IMG/VR virus record: IMGVR_UViG_3300036964_000424
Location: 36,290 to 100,289 of that record
DNA from: a virus
Lineage: Duplodnaviria > Caudoviricetes
Strand: one strand, 5' to 3'
Length of the DNA stretch: 64,000 bases
The notes under the pieces are model-generated. The model was not told the origin of the DNA, made no database searches, and saw only the letters and a list, made by a program, of their open reading frames with translations. Positions 9,296-18,641 of this stretch are shown here, piece after piece. Every line of letters begins with the position of its first letter. Position 1 is the first letter of the stretch. The position numbers and the translations under genes were made by a program.

Positions 9296-10423
9296 ATGCA
9301 AAAAGGAAATTTAATAAAAGTACCAGTGACAGGGCAAGTTATTGAAGAAGAAGAAGTTGAAGCTTTGAAAAAGGTAGCGGAGAACAAGCAATTTGCTCCT
9401 GCAGAAAAAGTAAAAGAATTTGAGCATAATTTTGCTAGATATGTGGGAAAAAAGCATGGAATATTTGTAAACAGCGGTTCTTCTGCTAATTTATTAGCCG
9501 TAACCGCCTATAAAAAATATACTAATGAATCCTTAGTAACATTGCCCGCACTGATGTTTCCTACTACGCTCAATCCTTATTTGCAAAACAATTATGATGT
9601 TGAATTGATAGACGTTGATATAGAAACCCTACAAGCACAACTTCCCCAAAAGCATGGCGTACATACTTTAGGAAATTATTCTGATATATCTGGAATAGAA
9701 GATTCTTGCGATGCATTATTCCCTGGAAATTATAAAGGCATAATCCAGACATTTTCTTTTTTTCCTGCACATTTTCTGAGCTGTGGAGAAGGTGGAATGG
9801 TTACGACAGACAATGTTGATTTATACAAGCTAATGGTGTCTTTTTCACACTGGGGAAAAGATTGTTTTTGCCCATTAGGATATGATAATGCTTGCGGGAA
9901 AAGATTTGATCAGCAATTTGGCGAAATGCCATATGGATATGATCATAAATACATTTATAGTAATATCGGATATAATTTAGCTGGAACTGAAATGGGAGCG
10001 GCTATAGGGATAGAACAACTAAAAAAACTACCAAGATTTTTAGAAATTAGAAAGCACAACTTTACAAAATTATATCAAGGATTAAATAAATATTCAGATG
10101 TTTTTATTCTGCCTAAAACAGTTTTACCTGCCACTGCTTGGTTTTCGTTTCCTATAACTATTAGAAAAGAAACGAATATACAAAGAAGGGACTTAGTACA
10201 ATTTTTAGATTCTAAAGGGGTTGGATCCCGTCCTATTATGGGTGGTAATTTGAAAAGGCAACCAGCATATTCAAATATTCCATTTATAGTAAAAGAAAGC
10301 CTTCATAATTCTGATTTGATAACTGAAAATTCCTTTTATGTAGGAATATGGCATGGGCTAAAAGATGAACAAATAGAATATACTATTTCGGTTATTTCGG
10401 AGTTTATAGAAAATCGTGCATAA
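9296..10423 (+). CDS. RfbH/AscC-like PMP-dependent NDP-4-keto-6-deoxyhexose 3-dehydrase (DegT/DnrJ family)
   Basis: VNSGSSANL, EDSCDA, SFFPAHFLSCGEGG (His where aminotransferases have Lys), DCFC..DNACGKRF Cys cluster, GYDHKY..GYNL. Confidence 0.88.
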   Translation: MQKGNLIKVPVTGQVIEEEEVEALKKVAENKQFAPAEKVKEFEHNFARYVGKKHGIFVNSGSSANLLAVTAYKKYTNESLVTLPALMFPTTLNPYLQNNYDVELIDVDIETLQAQLPQKHGVHTLGNYSDISGIEDSCDALFPGNYKGIIQTFSFFPAHFLSCGEGGMVTTDNVDLYKLMVSFSHWGKDCFCPLGYDNACGKRFDQQFGEMPYGYDHKYIYSNIGYNLAGTEMGAAIGIEQLKKLPRFLEIRKHNFTKLYQGLNKYSDVFILPKTVLPATAWFSFPITIRKETNIQRRDLVQFLDSKGVGSRPIMGGNLKRQPAYSNIPFIVKESLHNSDLITENSFYVGIWHGLKDEQIEYTISVISEFIENRA

Positions 10424-11111
10424 CATAGTTCTTGGATGTGGCCTTTTAGGCAAAGAAATTGTGAAACAAACCGGATGGGATTGTCTTTCTAGGAAAGAAA
10501 CGCCAGATTTTGATTTCCGCTATTTAAGAACTTACATCAAATATCTTTATGCATACGACATAATTATTAATTGTGTGGCAAATACTAATACTTATAGTGA
10601 TGATAAAATAGCTATGTTAGAAACTAATTTTAAGCCAGTTTGTAAGCTTACAGATTGGTGCGAAAAAAATGGTAAGAAGCTAGTACATATTTCTACAGAT
10701 TACGTATATGCAGGCAGTATTCATCCTTCAAAAGAATCAGATGTTCCAGTTCATGCTCGAACATGGTATGCATATTCTAAATTATTAGCTGATGGATATA
10801 TAGAAAGTTTTTCTACTAATTATTTGATTATTAGAACATCCTTCAAAAGATACCCTTTTCCTTATGAAAAAGCTATAGTGATGCAAAAAGGGAATTTTGA
10901 TTATGTGCCAAGAATAGCTGAAAAAATTATAAATCTTATAAATAAAAATTCCCACGGAATAGTTAATGTGGGGCATATTCCATCTTGGAACATGTATGAA
11001 ATGGCTAAAGAAACAAAGCCAGATATAAAAGTTACAACTGAACTTATAAATAAAAATATGCCAAGAAATATCACAATGGATTTATCCAAAATGAAATCAT
11101 TATTACAATAA
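10416..11111 (+). CDS. RmlD-like NAD(P)-dependent sugar-nucleotide 4-reductase
   Basis: GCGLLG Rossmann motif, INCVA, HISTDYVY, YAYSK (YxxxK). Confidence 0.85.
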   Translation: MHNIVLGCGLLGKEIVKQTGWDCLSRKETPDFDFRYLRTYIKYLYAYDIIINCVANTNTYSDDKIAMLETNFKPVCKLTDWCEKNGKKLVHISTDYVYAGSIHPSKESDVPVHARTWYAYSKLLADGYIESFSTNYLIIRTSFKRYPFPYEKAIVMQKGNFDYVPRIAEKIINLINKNSHGIVNVGHIPSWNMYEMAKETKPDIKVTTELINKNMPRNITMDLSKMKSLLQ

Positions 11112-11127
11112 GAAAAAGGAACTAATA

Positions 11128-11832
11128 ATGCCTAAAATTTCTGTACTTATTCCCGCCTATATAAATAATAAAAAAGAATTAAAATTATTAATCTATAATT
11201 TAAATCAAATTAAATTACAAAAAATGAAAGATTTTGAAGTAATTATATCGGATGATTCGCCATCTAATATTGTAGAAAAATATGTAAAAAATATAAAAGA
11301 CATAGATATTAAATACATAAAAAATAGTGGTAAAAAAGGTATTGGAGGAAATACAAATAATGCCATGCTTCATGCAAGCGGCGATTTATTTCATATATTA
11401 TATCAAGATGATTACTTCTTTAGTGAAAATTCTCTAGATACAATAGTTGAAAATTTTGACTATAATGCTAAATGGATGGTTTCAGCTTATTTCCATACAA
11501 AAAATAGAAATGAGTTTTTCAATTTGCATATACCATCTTGGAATAATGAAATATATATTAGAAATACTATTGGAACGGCATCCTGCCTTACTATTTTAAA
11601 TAAAGATATTATTCTTTTTGATGAAAATTTGAAATGGTTTGTAGATTGCGAATATTATTATAGGCTTTACAAAAAGTGGGGATTGCCTAAAATATTAGAA
11701 GATATTATATTCATACAGTATTTATGGGAAGGGCAAGCTACTAATACTATTACCGAAGATATTGTAAAATATGAAATTGAATATATGAGAATTATGCACG
11801 GAGATCAAACCTATGGTTCTGAAATTATCTGA
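11128..11832 (+). CDS. Glycosyltransferase family 2
   Basis: KISVLIPAY, EVIISDDS, N.G...N.N.AM..A.G, LYQDD, FDENL.WFVDCEYY. Confidence 0.88.
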   Translation: MPKISVLIPAYINNKKELKLLIYNLNQIKLQKMKDFEVIISDDSPSNIVEKYVKNIKDIDIKYIKNSGKKGIGGNTNNAMLHASGDLFHILYQDDYFFSENSLDTIVENFDYNAKWMVSAYFHTKNRNEFFNLHIPSWNNEIYIRNTIGTASCLTILNKDIILFDENLKWFVDCEYYYRLYKKWGLPKILEDIIFIQYLWEGQATNTITEDIVKYEIEYMRIMHGDQTYGSEII

Positions 11833-12460
11833 TATAACGCTAGTCGGAGTAGATTGTACTGATAGAATAATGTCTACTATTGAAGCCATGAACATATCTT
11901 CGCAGGGAATCATATACGGAGAAACAATCTTGTTTTCTCATAAAAAGCCTGCGCTTATGCCAAGCTATTTTAAATTTATAAAGATCCCTAAGATAGAAAA
12001 TATAGATGCATATAGTTATTTCATGTTTAAAGAATTGGGCAATTATATTAATACTACCCATTGCCTTACAGTTCATGATCACGGGTATGTTTTGAATAAA
12101 AATGTATTTGATTATAGCTGGTTGCAATATGATTGGATTGGGGCACCTTGGCCTGTTATAGAAGGCGCATATATAGCGAATAACGGGGAAATAGTCAGGG
12201 TAGGCAATGGCGGGTTTTCTTTACGCAGTTCACGAATTTTAAAATTGCCAATAGAAAAAGGATGGTATTTGCGAGAAGAACAAGGTTGGAAAAATGAAGA
12301 TGGTAATTTTTGTTGCTACTGGCGCAAAGAAATGTTAGAAAATGGGATAAAATATGCACCTATAGAAGTTGCGGCAAAGTTTTCATATGAAAATGATGTG
12401 CCTGAAAATATGCATATAAAAGAGTTCTTTGGGTTTCATAGAAACTATCCAATACGATAA
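11813..12460 (+). CDS. DUF5672-like GT-A fold glycosyltransferase-like protein
   Basis: HCLTVHDHGYV, YDWIGAPW, VGNGGFSLRS, NEDG, A.KFSYE, FGFH. Confidence 0.75.
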   Translation: MVLKLSDITLVGVDCTDRIMSTIEAMNISSQGIIYGETILFSHKKPALMPSYFKFIKIPKIENIDAYSYFMFKELGNYINTTHCLTVHDHGYVLNKNVFDYSWLQYDWIGAPWPVIEGAYIANNGEIVRVGNGGFSLRSSRILKLPIEKGWYLREEQGWKNEDGNFCCYWRKEMLENGIKYAPIEVAAKFSYENDVPENMHIKEFFGFHRNYPIR

Positions 12461-12516
12461 ATATGATTATAATTAGCATTATACTTAGTTAGAAATGAAA
12501 TTGGGAATAATTATCA

Positions 12517-12840
12517 ATGAATGATTTAGAAATATTAGCACGAAAATATGGAACAGATAAAAGAACGAATGATCCAGGCCAAAATATTTATCATGGATAT
12601 ACAGATATATATTATGAAATGTTCAAAGGTATGCGAAATGAAAAATTAAATATTGTGGAAATTGGGGTGCAGAACGGGTATAGCACTTTTATGTTTCGTG
12701 ATTTTTTCCCTAATGCAATGATTTATGGTATCGATACATTCGGGGACATTGGCTGTAAAACAAAAGTTGAAGATATTGAGGGTGATAGAATCAAGATTTT
12801 AGTTGCAGATCAATCAGATGATTTATCTGATATTATATGA
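12517..12840 (+). pseudogene. C-terminally truncated class I SAM-dependent (sugar O-)methyltransferase
   Basis: YGTDK..HGY...Y, VEIGVQNGYS, IYGID, ADQS, then stops before the expected DIIIDDGSH half; followed directly by an unrelated DNA methylase. Confidence 0.7.
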
Positions 12841-12870
12841 ATTGTGCTTAAAAATGGAGGTGAGTTGAAA

Positions 12871-13725
12871 TTGTTACCAAAACATATCGAAAATGTTATA
12901 GTTCCACCAATTAAATGTCAAGGTATAAAAACAAAACTGGTTAATTTTATCGCAAATAATATTGTATGGGATGGCGAAGGTCGTTGGATTGAACCATTTT
13001 TAGGCTCTGGAGTTGTGCTTTTTAATATACAGCCAGAAAGGGCTCTTATTAGTGATAAGAATGAACACATAATTAATTTTTATAGAGGCATTCAATCTGG
13101 ATATATAAACCCAATATCAGCCAGAGAATTTTTAGAATACCATGGTGAAAGGCTCAATAATATTGGTGAGGATTATTATTATCAAATGCGAGATGAATTT
13201 AACGAAACAAAAAATCCGTTGTATTTTTTATTTTTAAGTCGAGCCTGTTTTAATGGTGTTATGAGGTTTAGTAAAAAGGGAAAATTTAATGTGCCATTTT
13301 GTAAAAAGCCTGATAGATTTAGACCCGCTTATGTTACAAAAATTGTTAACCAAATTGAAAAAGTATCGAGAGTAATGTTAGGTCGGGACTGGGTATTTCA
13401 AGCCTGTGATTGGAGAGAAACAATACAGCAAGCGGCTGAAGATGATTTTATTTATATAGACCCCCCATACATAGGACGAAGCACTGGTTATATAGGCGAC
13501 TGGGAACAGAACGAAGCGAACGAATTAGCAGAATATGCAAGAACTTCTCCAGCAGGGTTTGCTCTTTCAATGTGGAAACAAAATAAATACAGGGTAAATA
13601 CACATATTGAAGAAGCATGGGGCGGGTTAGAAATGAGAGAATTTAATCATTTTTACCATGTAGGTTCAAGTGAAGATTTAAGAAATACAATGATTGAAGC
13701 ATTAATTATTAAAGAAGGAATTTAA
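12871..13725 (+). CDS. DNA adenine methyltransferase, Dam/D12 alpha class, M.EcoRV-like
   Basis: VPPIKCQGIKTKLV, EPFLGSG, FNVPFCKKP.RF..AY.TKI.NQ, DPPYIGR, HFYHVG; start from GGAGGT RBS (track start 12844). Confidence 0.9.
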   Translation: MLPKHIENVIVPPIKCQGIKTKLVNFIANNIVWDGEGRWIEPFLGSGVVLFNIQPERALISDKNEHIINFYRGIQSGYINPISAREFLEYHGERLNNIGEDYYYQMRDEFNETKNPLYFLFLSRACFNGVMRFSKKGKFNVPFCKKPDRFRPAYVTKIVNQIEKVSRVMLGRDWVFQACDWRETIQQAAEDDFIYIDPPYIGRSTGYIGDWEQNEANELAEYARTSPAGFALSMWKQNKYRVNTHIEEAWGGLEMREFNHFYHVGSSEDLRNTMIEALIIKEGI

Positions 13726-13728
13726 AGC

Positions 13729-14589
13729 ATGATTAATGTAGACTTAACGGGTAATGTTTCGGATCATATAATAAGATACTGTATTTGCAGAAGTGTTGCT
13801 GAAAAAAATAATTATAAATTGGGGATAAATCCCATTGCAAGCCATGATTATTATGGCGGAAAAGAACAAATGTATTTCTTTTCTGGCATAGATTATGGTG
13901 AATCCATCAATACACCTTATGGTGTTTTGCCTAAAGGAATTGCTAATGTTTGGGAAGAAAAGAGAGAACGGCATGCTGGGTATAATTTTCACCCCTTCCA
14001 GCCTGATATTTTTGATGTTCCTGATAACACAAAATTAGTTATTTACTGTGGACAAGATTCTAACTATTTAATTAAAGAAAAAGTAAAAGAATGGTTGCAA
14101 ATTAAAGAAGAATATATAAAAGACGCTGAAAGATTACTGGATGAAGCGGGAATAGAACTAAATGAAAATATTTGCATTATAAACGCTAGGGGTGGTGAAT
14201 ATAGAGGAGTTCCTTCATTATTTCTCCGGCACGAGTATTGGGAAAATGCCATACAACTAATGAAACAAAAAAATCCTGATATAAAATTTATTGTTGTAAC
14301 TGAAGATTTAGATTTTTACAAACATTATGAACCTTTTAGTGGCTTTCCGATTTATCATTTTGGAACTAACACCGATTATTATATTCTTAATCGTGCTAAA
14401 AATCTAATTGTTTCTAACTCCGGATTTGGAATTTTTCCTGTATGGCTGAACGAAAATAATCCCTATGCAATAGCACCTTATCTGTGGGCTAATCATAATT
14501 TTGGAAAGGAAGAAGAATGGGCAAATTCAAATATGCGAAGTTGGGGGTGTTTCACTTTTATTGACAGAAAGGGGGATATAGTATTATAA
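13729..14589 (+). CDS. GT11-like alpha-1,2-(deoxyhexosyl/fucosyl)transferase
   Basis: N-terminal L.GNVSDH (GxGNQ-like), INARGGEY (HxRRGDY-like), YW..AI..M, FIVVTED, LIVSNSGF..W. Confidence 0.75.
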   Translation: MINVDLTGNVSDHIIRYCICRSVAEKNNYKLGINPIASHDYYGGKEQMYFFSGIDYGESINTPYGVLPKGIANVWEEKRERHAGYNFHPFQPDIFDVPDNTKLVIYCGQDSNYLIKEKVKEWLQIKEEYIKDAERLLDEAGIELNENICIINARGGEYRGVPSLFLRHEYWENAIQLMKQKNPDIKFIVVTEDLDFYKHYEPFSGFPIYHFGTNTDYYILNRAKNLIVSNSGFGIFPVWLNENNPYAIAPYLWANHNFGKEEEWANSNMRSWGCFTFIDRKGDIVL

Positions 14590-14650
14590 TAAAGCATTAT
14601 AAAGCATTCCATTTATGGAGTGAAATAATAACTTAAATTAAAGGAAACTT

Positions 14651-15487
14651 ATGAGAAAAATTTATGATGTACAAACAATATTTAATGAAATGGATTTATG
14701 CTATTTAAGATTTTCCATCTTAGATCCATACGTAGATTATTTTGTAGTAAATGAAGCGACTACAACCTTTTCGGGTAAGCCTAAAAAATTATATTTTCAA
14801 GAAAATATAGATCGATTCAAGAAGTTTGAGCACAAAATTATTTATAATATGTTTGATGAAAATAAACCAGAATGGACACAATGGGATAGAGATTGTATCC
14901 ATAAAAATGCTGCAATGAAAGCACTAGAAAAAAGCAATCTCGATGATGGCGATATTGTTTTTTATTCTGATGCAGATGAAATTTGGAATCCAAAAGCTGT
15001 TGATTTTTCTAATTTTAAAGAAGATATACTTTATATTTTATACCAAAAAACATTTTATTATTATATTAATACAGAATGGTATGACATAAATAATCCTTAT
15101 AAAGATATTTGGAGAGGATCCAAATATAGTTCATATGGTTTGTTAAAACAGCATTCTTTTGATACTTTTAGAGATTGGGGTTCTTATTTTCATCGGGATA
15201 ATCAATATAAAAAAGAATATATTAATAATGGCGGATGGCATTTTTCTTTCTTGGGCGGTGCCAATAATATTAAATTAAAAATAGATAGCTACGGGCATCA
15301 AGAATTTAATTGCCCACCTTTTTTAGACAATATTCAAAATAATATTGATAATCTGAAGGATCCCTTTTTTAGACCATATTATAAAATAAGGGTTATTGAC
15401 CTTGATCCTAACATTTATCCGGCATATTTAATGGATCATCTAGATGAATATGATAAATATATTTATAGGGAAAACAGAAATGAATAA
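14651..15487 (+). CDS. GT17-like N-acetylglucosaminyltransferase
   Basis: IYD...FNE.DL..RF..L..YVDYFVV.E...TFSG.PK, SDADEI, GGWHFSFLG, K..SY.HQE. Confidence 0.85.
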   Translation: MRKIYDVQTIFNEMDLCYLRFSILDPYVDYFVVNEATTTFSGKPKKLYFQENIDRFKKFEHKIIYNMFDENKPEWTQWDRDCIHKNAAMKALEKSNLDDGDIVFYSDADEIWNPKAVDFSNFKEDILYILYQKTFYYYINTEWYDINNPYKDIWRGSKYSSYGLLKQHSFDTFRDWGSYFHRDNQYKKEYINNGGWHFSFLGGANNIKLKIDSYGHQEFNCPPFLDNIQNNIDNLKDPFFRPYYKIRVIDLDPNIYPAYLMDHLDEYDKYIYRENRNE

Positions 15488-16217
15488 TTTTAAAATTCTA
15501 TATCGCATTTCTAGTCAGGGGAATCCGCTAGGTCGCACGGAACTATCAAACACAGAATTGGCAGGTATTACTCGTCAAGATTGTTTTAATAATTTAGTAA
15601 AAGTATTTGGAACTGTTAACTTAATTGTAATTGCGGATAATGCAAACGATGATGTAATTTCTTTTTTGAAATCTAAAGGTATCGATGATATTGAAAGAAC
15701 TAATCTAGGGAATACTAATAGTTTTCGTTATATCTTGCATAAAGCCATTTCCGAATTTGACGATAACGATATTATTTATTTTTTAGAAGATGATTATGTT
15801 CATAATTATGGTGCCGAAAAGATTATAAAAGAGGGAATAGAAATTTCAGATTATCTAACGCTTTATGACAATAAGGACAAATATATCGATACGGATAAAG
15901 GAGGAGACAATCCTTTTGTTTATGGCGGAGGCGAAGATACAAAAGTAATGATTACTAATTCTTGCCATTGGAAAATAACAAACGCATTCACGATGTCTTT
16001 TGCATCTAAAGTAAAAACATTAAAAGAAGATTATGATACAATTATAAAATATTGTCCTCTAAATGCGCCGCATCCAATGGATTTCTTATTATGCCGCGAG
16101 TTGGCTACGCAAAAAAATCGCAAGCTAATTAGCCCTATACCAGGCTATTCTTCCCATATAGGATTAAATATGAGCCCGTTTGTACCATGGGTAAAATTGC
16201 TAAAAGGAGAATTATGA
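15480..16217 (+). CDS. GT-A fold glycosyltransferase (GT2-like)
   Basis: VIADN, LGN..SF, IYFLEDDYVH, SPIPGYSSH; within the GT cluster (track start 15444). Confidence 0.7.
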   Translation: MNNFKILYRISSQGNPLGRTELSNTELAGITRQDCFNNLVKVFGTVNLIVIADNANDDVISFLKSKGIDDIERTNLGNTNSFRYILHKAISEFDDNDIIYFLEDDYVHNYGAEKIIKEGIEISDYLTLYDNKDKYIDTDKGGDNPFVYGGGEDTKVMITNSCHWKITNAFTMSFASKVKTLKEDYDTIIKYCPLNAPHPMDFLLCRELATQKNRKLISPIPGYSSHIGLNMSPFVPWVKLLKGEL

Positions 16218-16288
16218 TTAAAGATATAGCGCAAGATGTACTAATAGTGGAACATAATAAATATATTTATAAGGGGAATAAAAAATGA
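16214..16288 (+). pseudogene. 24-aa mini-ORF, probable deletion remnant
   Basis: AGGAGA RBS, MIKDIAQDVLIVEHNKYIYKGNKK*; overlaps both neighbours by ATGA; its 3' end matches the 3' end of the GT17 gene. Confidence 0.4.
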
Positions 16289-16950
16289 GCAAATTTGAAG
16301 AAATTTTTCCGTTAATTTATGTTATTAATTTGGATTCTCGACCTGATAGGCTCAATGCTAGCATAGAAGAATTCAAAAAAATTGGGCTAACCTCCATCAA
16401 TAGAATGCCAGGGCAAGTATATACCTATGCCCCCGATGCTTATACCAATGGCGCTATTGGTTGTATGCTTTCCCACAAATTTTGTTTAGAAGAAGCATTG
16501 CGGCAAAAGAAAAACGTTTTCATATTTGAAGATGATATAGAATTTTTGCCATATGATAATTTAAATGAAATTATAGATCAATGCTGTGAGGAATTAGAAA
16601 GTATAGACTGGAGCCTAGTATATTTTTCTGGCAACTTACTTAGACCTGCATTTCAAAAAAGTAATCGCTTAGCTAAATTAACTCACGCCCAATCTACAGT
16701 TGCATATGGGGTCAAATATGAATTTATTGAAAAACTATTATCATATTTCCCTACAACTACTTTTACGGAGCCTATAGATATGACTTATGCTAATAGAGTA
16801 ATCCCAGAAAATAACTGCTATATAACTATTCCTATGATTGCAATTCAAAGAAAAGGCTATTCGGATATTGAATGCAAAGAAGTTGATTATAGCCAATATT
16901 TACAAAAGCGATATTGGGAGAATTTGGTATATACCGAAGGGATATTATGA
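16285..16950 (+). CDS. Glycosyltransferase family 25
   Basis: YVINLDSRPDR, GAIGCMLSH, IFEDD, STVAY, PID. Confidence 0.88.
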   Translation: MSKFEEIFPLIYVINLDSRPDRLNASIEEFKKIGLTSINRMPGQVYTYAPDAYTNGAIGCMLSHKFCLEEALRQKKNVFIFEDDIEFLPYDNLNEIIDQCCEELESIDWSLVYFSGNLLRPAFQKSNRLAKLTHAQSTVAYGVKYEFIEKLLSYFPTTTFTEPIDMTYANRVIPENNCYITIPMIAIQRKGYSDIECKEVDYSQYLQKRYWENLVYTEGIL

Positions 16951-17771
16951 AAGATTTCATTACGGTTATATTTTCACGAGACAGGGCATCTCAATGTGAT
17001 TTGCTTTTAAAGTCTATAAATGCATGCACTAAAGAATACATGAATATTCATGTTATTTATACTTGTGATACCGATAGGCATTGGAGATCATACGAGAAAC
17101 TTAAAAATAGGCACGGGGAAGCCAATTTTCACATTGAAACAACCTTTAAATATGATTTAATTTCCCTTATTCGATATTATAAATATGTTCTCTTTATGGT
17201 TGATGACAATATTTGTGTATCTGATTTTAGCATAGAAAAGATTATAGATTTATTAGAAAAAAACAAGACTGCACTTGGGTTTAGTTTGCGGCTAGGAGCT
17301 AATTGCACAGAATGTTATACGCTGTCCTGCAAGCAAGAAATGCCGCCTTCTACCAAAATAGCTGATAATGTATTTATGTATAGCTGGTTTGGTGCGAATG
17401 CAGATTTCGGGTATCCGCTGGAATTATCAAGTTCAATTTATAAGGTATCGGATATTATACCGATATTAATGAACGAAAATTTCTTGAATCCGAATGAATT
17501 AGAATGGAAAATGCAATCTTATAATTATTGGTTTTCTACAAAAAAGCCGCACCTTTTGTTATACCAAACCAGTGCCTGCTTCTGCAATCCAATTAATAAA
17601 ATAAATATTAATAATAATCGAAGCGGGAATAATCCGGAATATTCAATAGAATCACTCTTGACAAAATACGAAAAAGGTGTTATCATTAAATATGATTTCA
17701 AAGGGTTTATTCCCAATGGATGTCATCAAGAAGTAGATATTGAATTTGGGCTTGAGAAAGGTGAAGAATGA
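16947..17771 (+). CDS. GT-A fold glycosyltransferase-like protein
   Basis: IFSRDRASQ.DLLL.S, LFMVDD, FSLRLG.N, FGYPLE, NPN.LE (track start 16914). Confidence 0.65.
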   Translation: MKDFITVIFSRDRASQCDLLLKSINACTKEYMNIHVIYTCDTDRHWRSYEKLKNRHGEANFHIETTFKYDLISLIRYYKYVLFMVDDNICVSDFSIEKIIDLLEKNKTALGFSLRLGANCTECYTLSCKQEMPPSTKIADNVFMYSWFGANADFGYPLELSSSIYKVSDIIPILMNENFLNPNELEWKMQSYNYWFSTKKPHLLLYQTSACFCNPINKININNNRSGNNPEYSIESLLTKYEKGVIIKYDFKGFIPNGCHQEVDIEFGLEKGEE

Positions 17772-18595
17772 GTCAGAAAAATAAATCTACAAAGTTTGTA
17801 AATATTGCTGATCCACTTGTAAGTATTATTACTCCGACGTATAATCGTAGAAATTTACTCAAAAGAACTTTGGATTCTTTAGTAAATCAATCTTATAAAA
17901 ATATAGAAATTTTAGTGATAAATGATTGCGGAGTAAACGTAGAAGATGTTGTGAACGAATTCAAAGATAATAGAATTAGATATTTTCAAAATGATAAAAA
18001 TGTCGGATTGGCCGCGACGAGGAATGTCGGATTGGAAAACATGCGTGGGGATTATTTCTGTTTATGCGACGATGATGATATATATATGAAATATGCTATT
18101 GAAATACGCATGTACCTGATGAAAAAATTAAATGCAGAAGCATCTTATACAAGATCATTATTAGATCATTGGGAAAAAAGGGGGGACGGGTATGTTAGTA
18201 TTGGCAAAACCTTATACTGGAGCAATCCTTATTTCTCGAAGGATTTAATCCTTGTGCAAAATTTATGCCCTTGCTCGAACTCCACCGTCAGTCGAAAGGC
18301 ATGGGAAAGGGCTGGCTGTTATCAGTTCGACAAAAATCTTACCACGACAGAAGATCACGACATGTGGATAGCAATCAGCAGAAAGACAGATTTTCATGAT
18401 TTAGAAATAGTAGATACTGAATGTAGCCGGCGTAATGACAAAACGCAGATGACAAATAATTTAGATTTTTCTAAAAATTGGATTAAAGTATTTAAAAAAT
18501 GGAGGCATACAGCAGAAAATTTAGAATGGGTTACAGAATCTCAAAATAGTATTCTAAGAAGTGTAGGGATCAATCCCGAAGATTATGGCTTGTAA
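17768..18595 (+). CDS. Glycosyltransferase family 2
   Basis: PLVSIITPTYNR, SLVNQSYKNIEILVIND, N.GLAATRN.G, CDDDD, EDHDMW. Confidence 0.92.
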   Translation: MSQKNKSTKFVNIADPLVSIITPTYNRRNLLKRTLDSLVNQSYKNIEILVINDCGVNVEDVVNEFKDNRIRYFQNDKNVGLAATRNVGLENMRGDYFCLCDDDDIYMKYAIEIRMYLMKKLNAEASYTRSLLDHWEKRGDGYVSIGKTLYWSNPYFSKDLILVQNLCPCSNSTVSRKAWERAGCYQFDKNLTTTEDHDMWIAISRKTDFHDLEIVDTECSRRNDKTQMTNNLDFSKNWIKVFKKWRHTAENLEWVTESQNSILRSVGINPEDYGL

Positions 18596-18641
18596 ATGGT
18601 ACAATAAAAACTGAATTTTATATGCAAGAAAGGGGTAACTA

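Noticed and set aside
9296-18595. Host O-antigen/capsule locus (prophage boundary or misassembly)
   Set aside because: No transport or polymerase genes, compact phage-like genes with similar AT content, and continuous with phage genes on both sides
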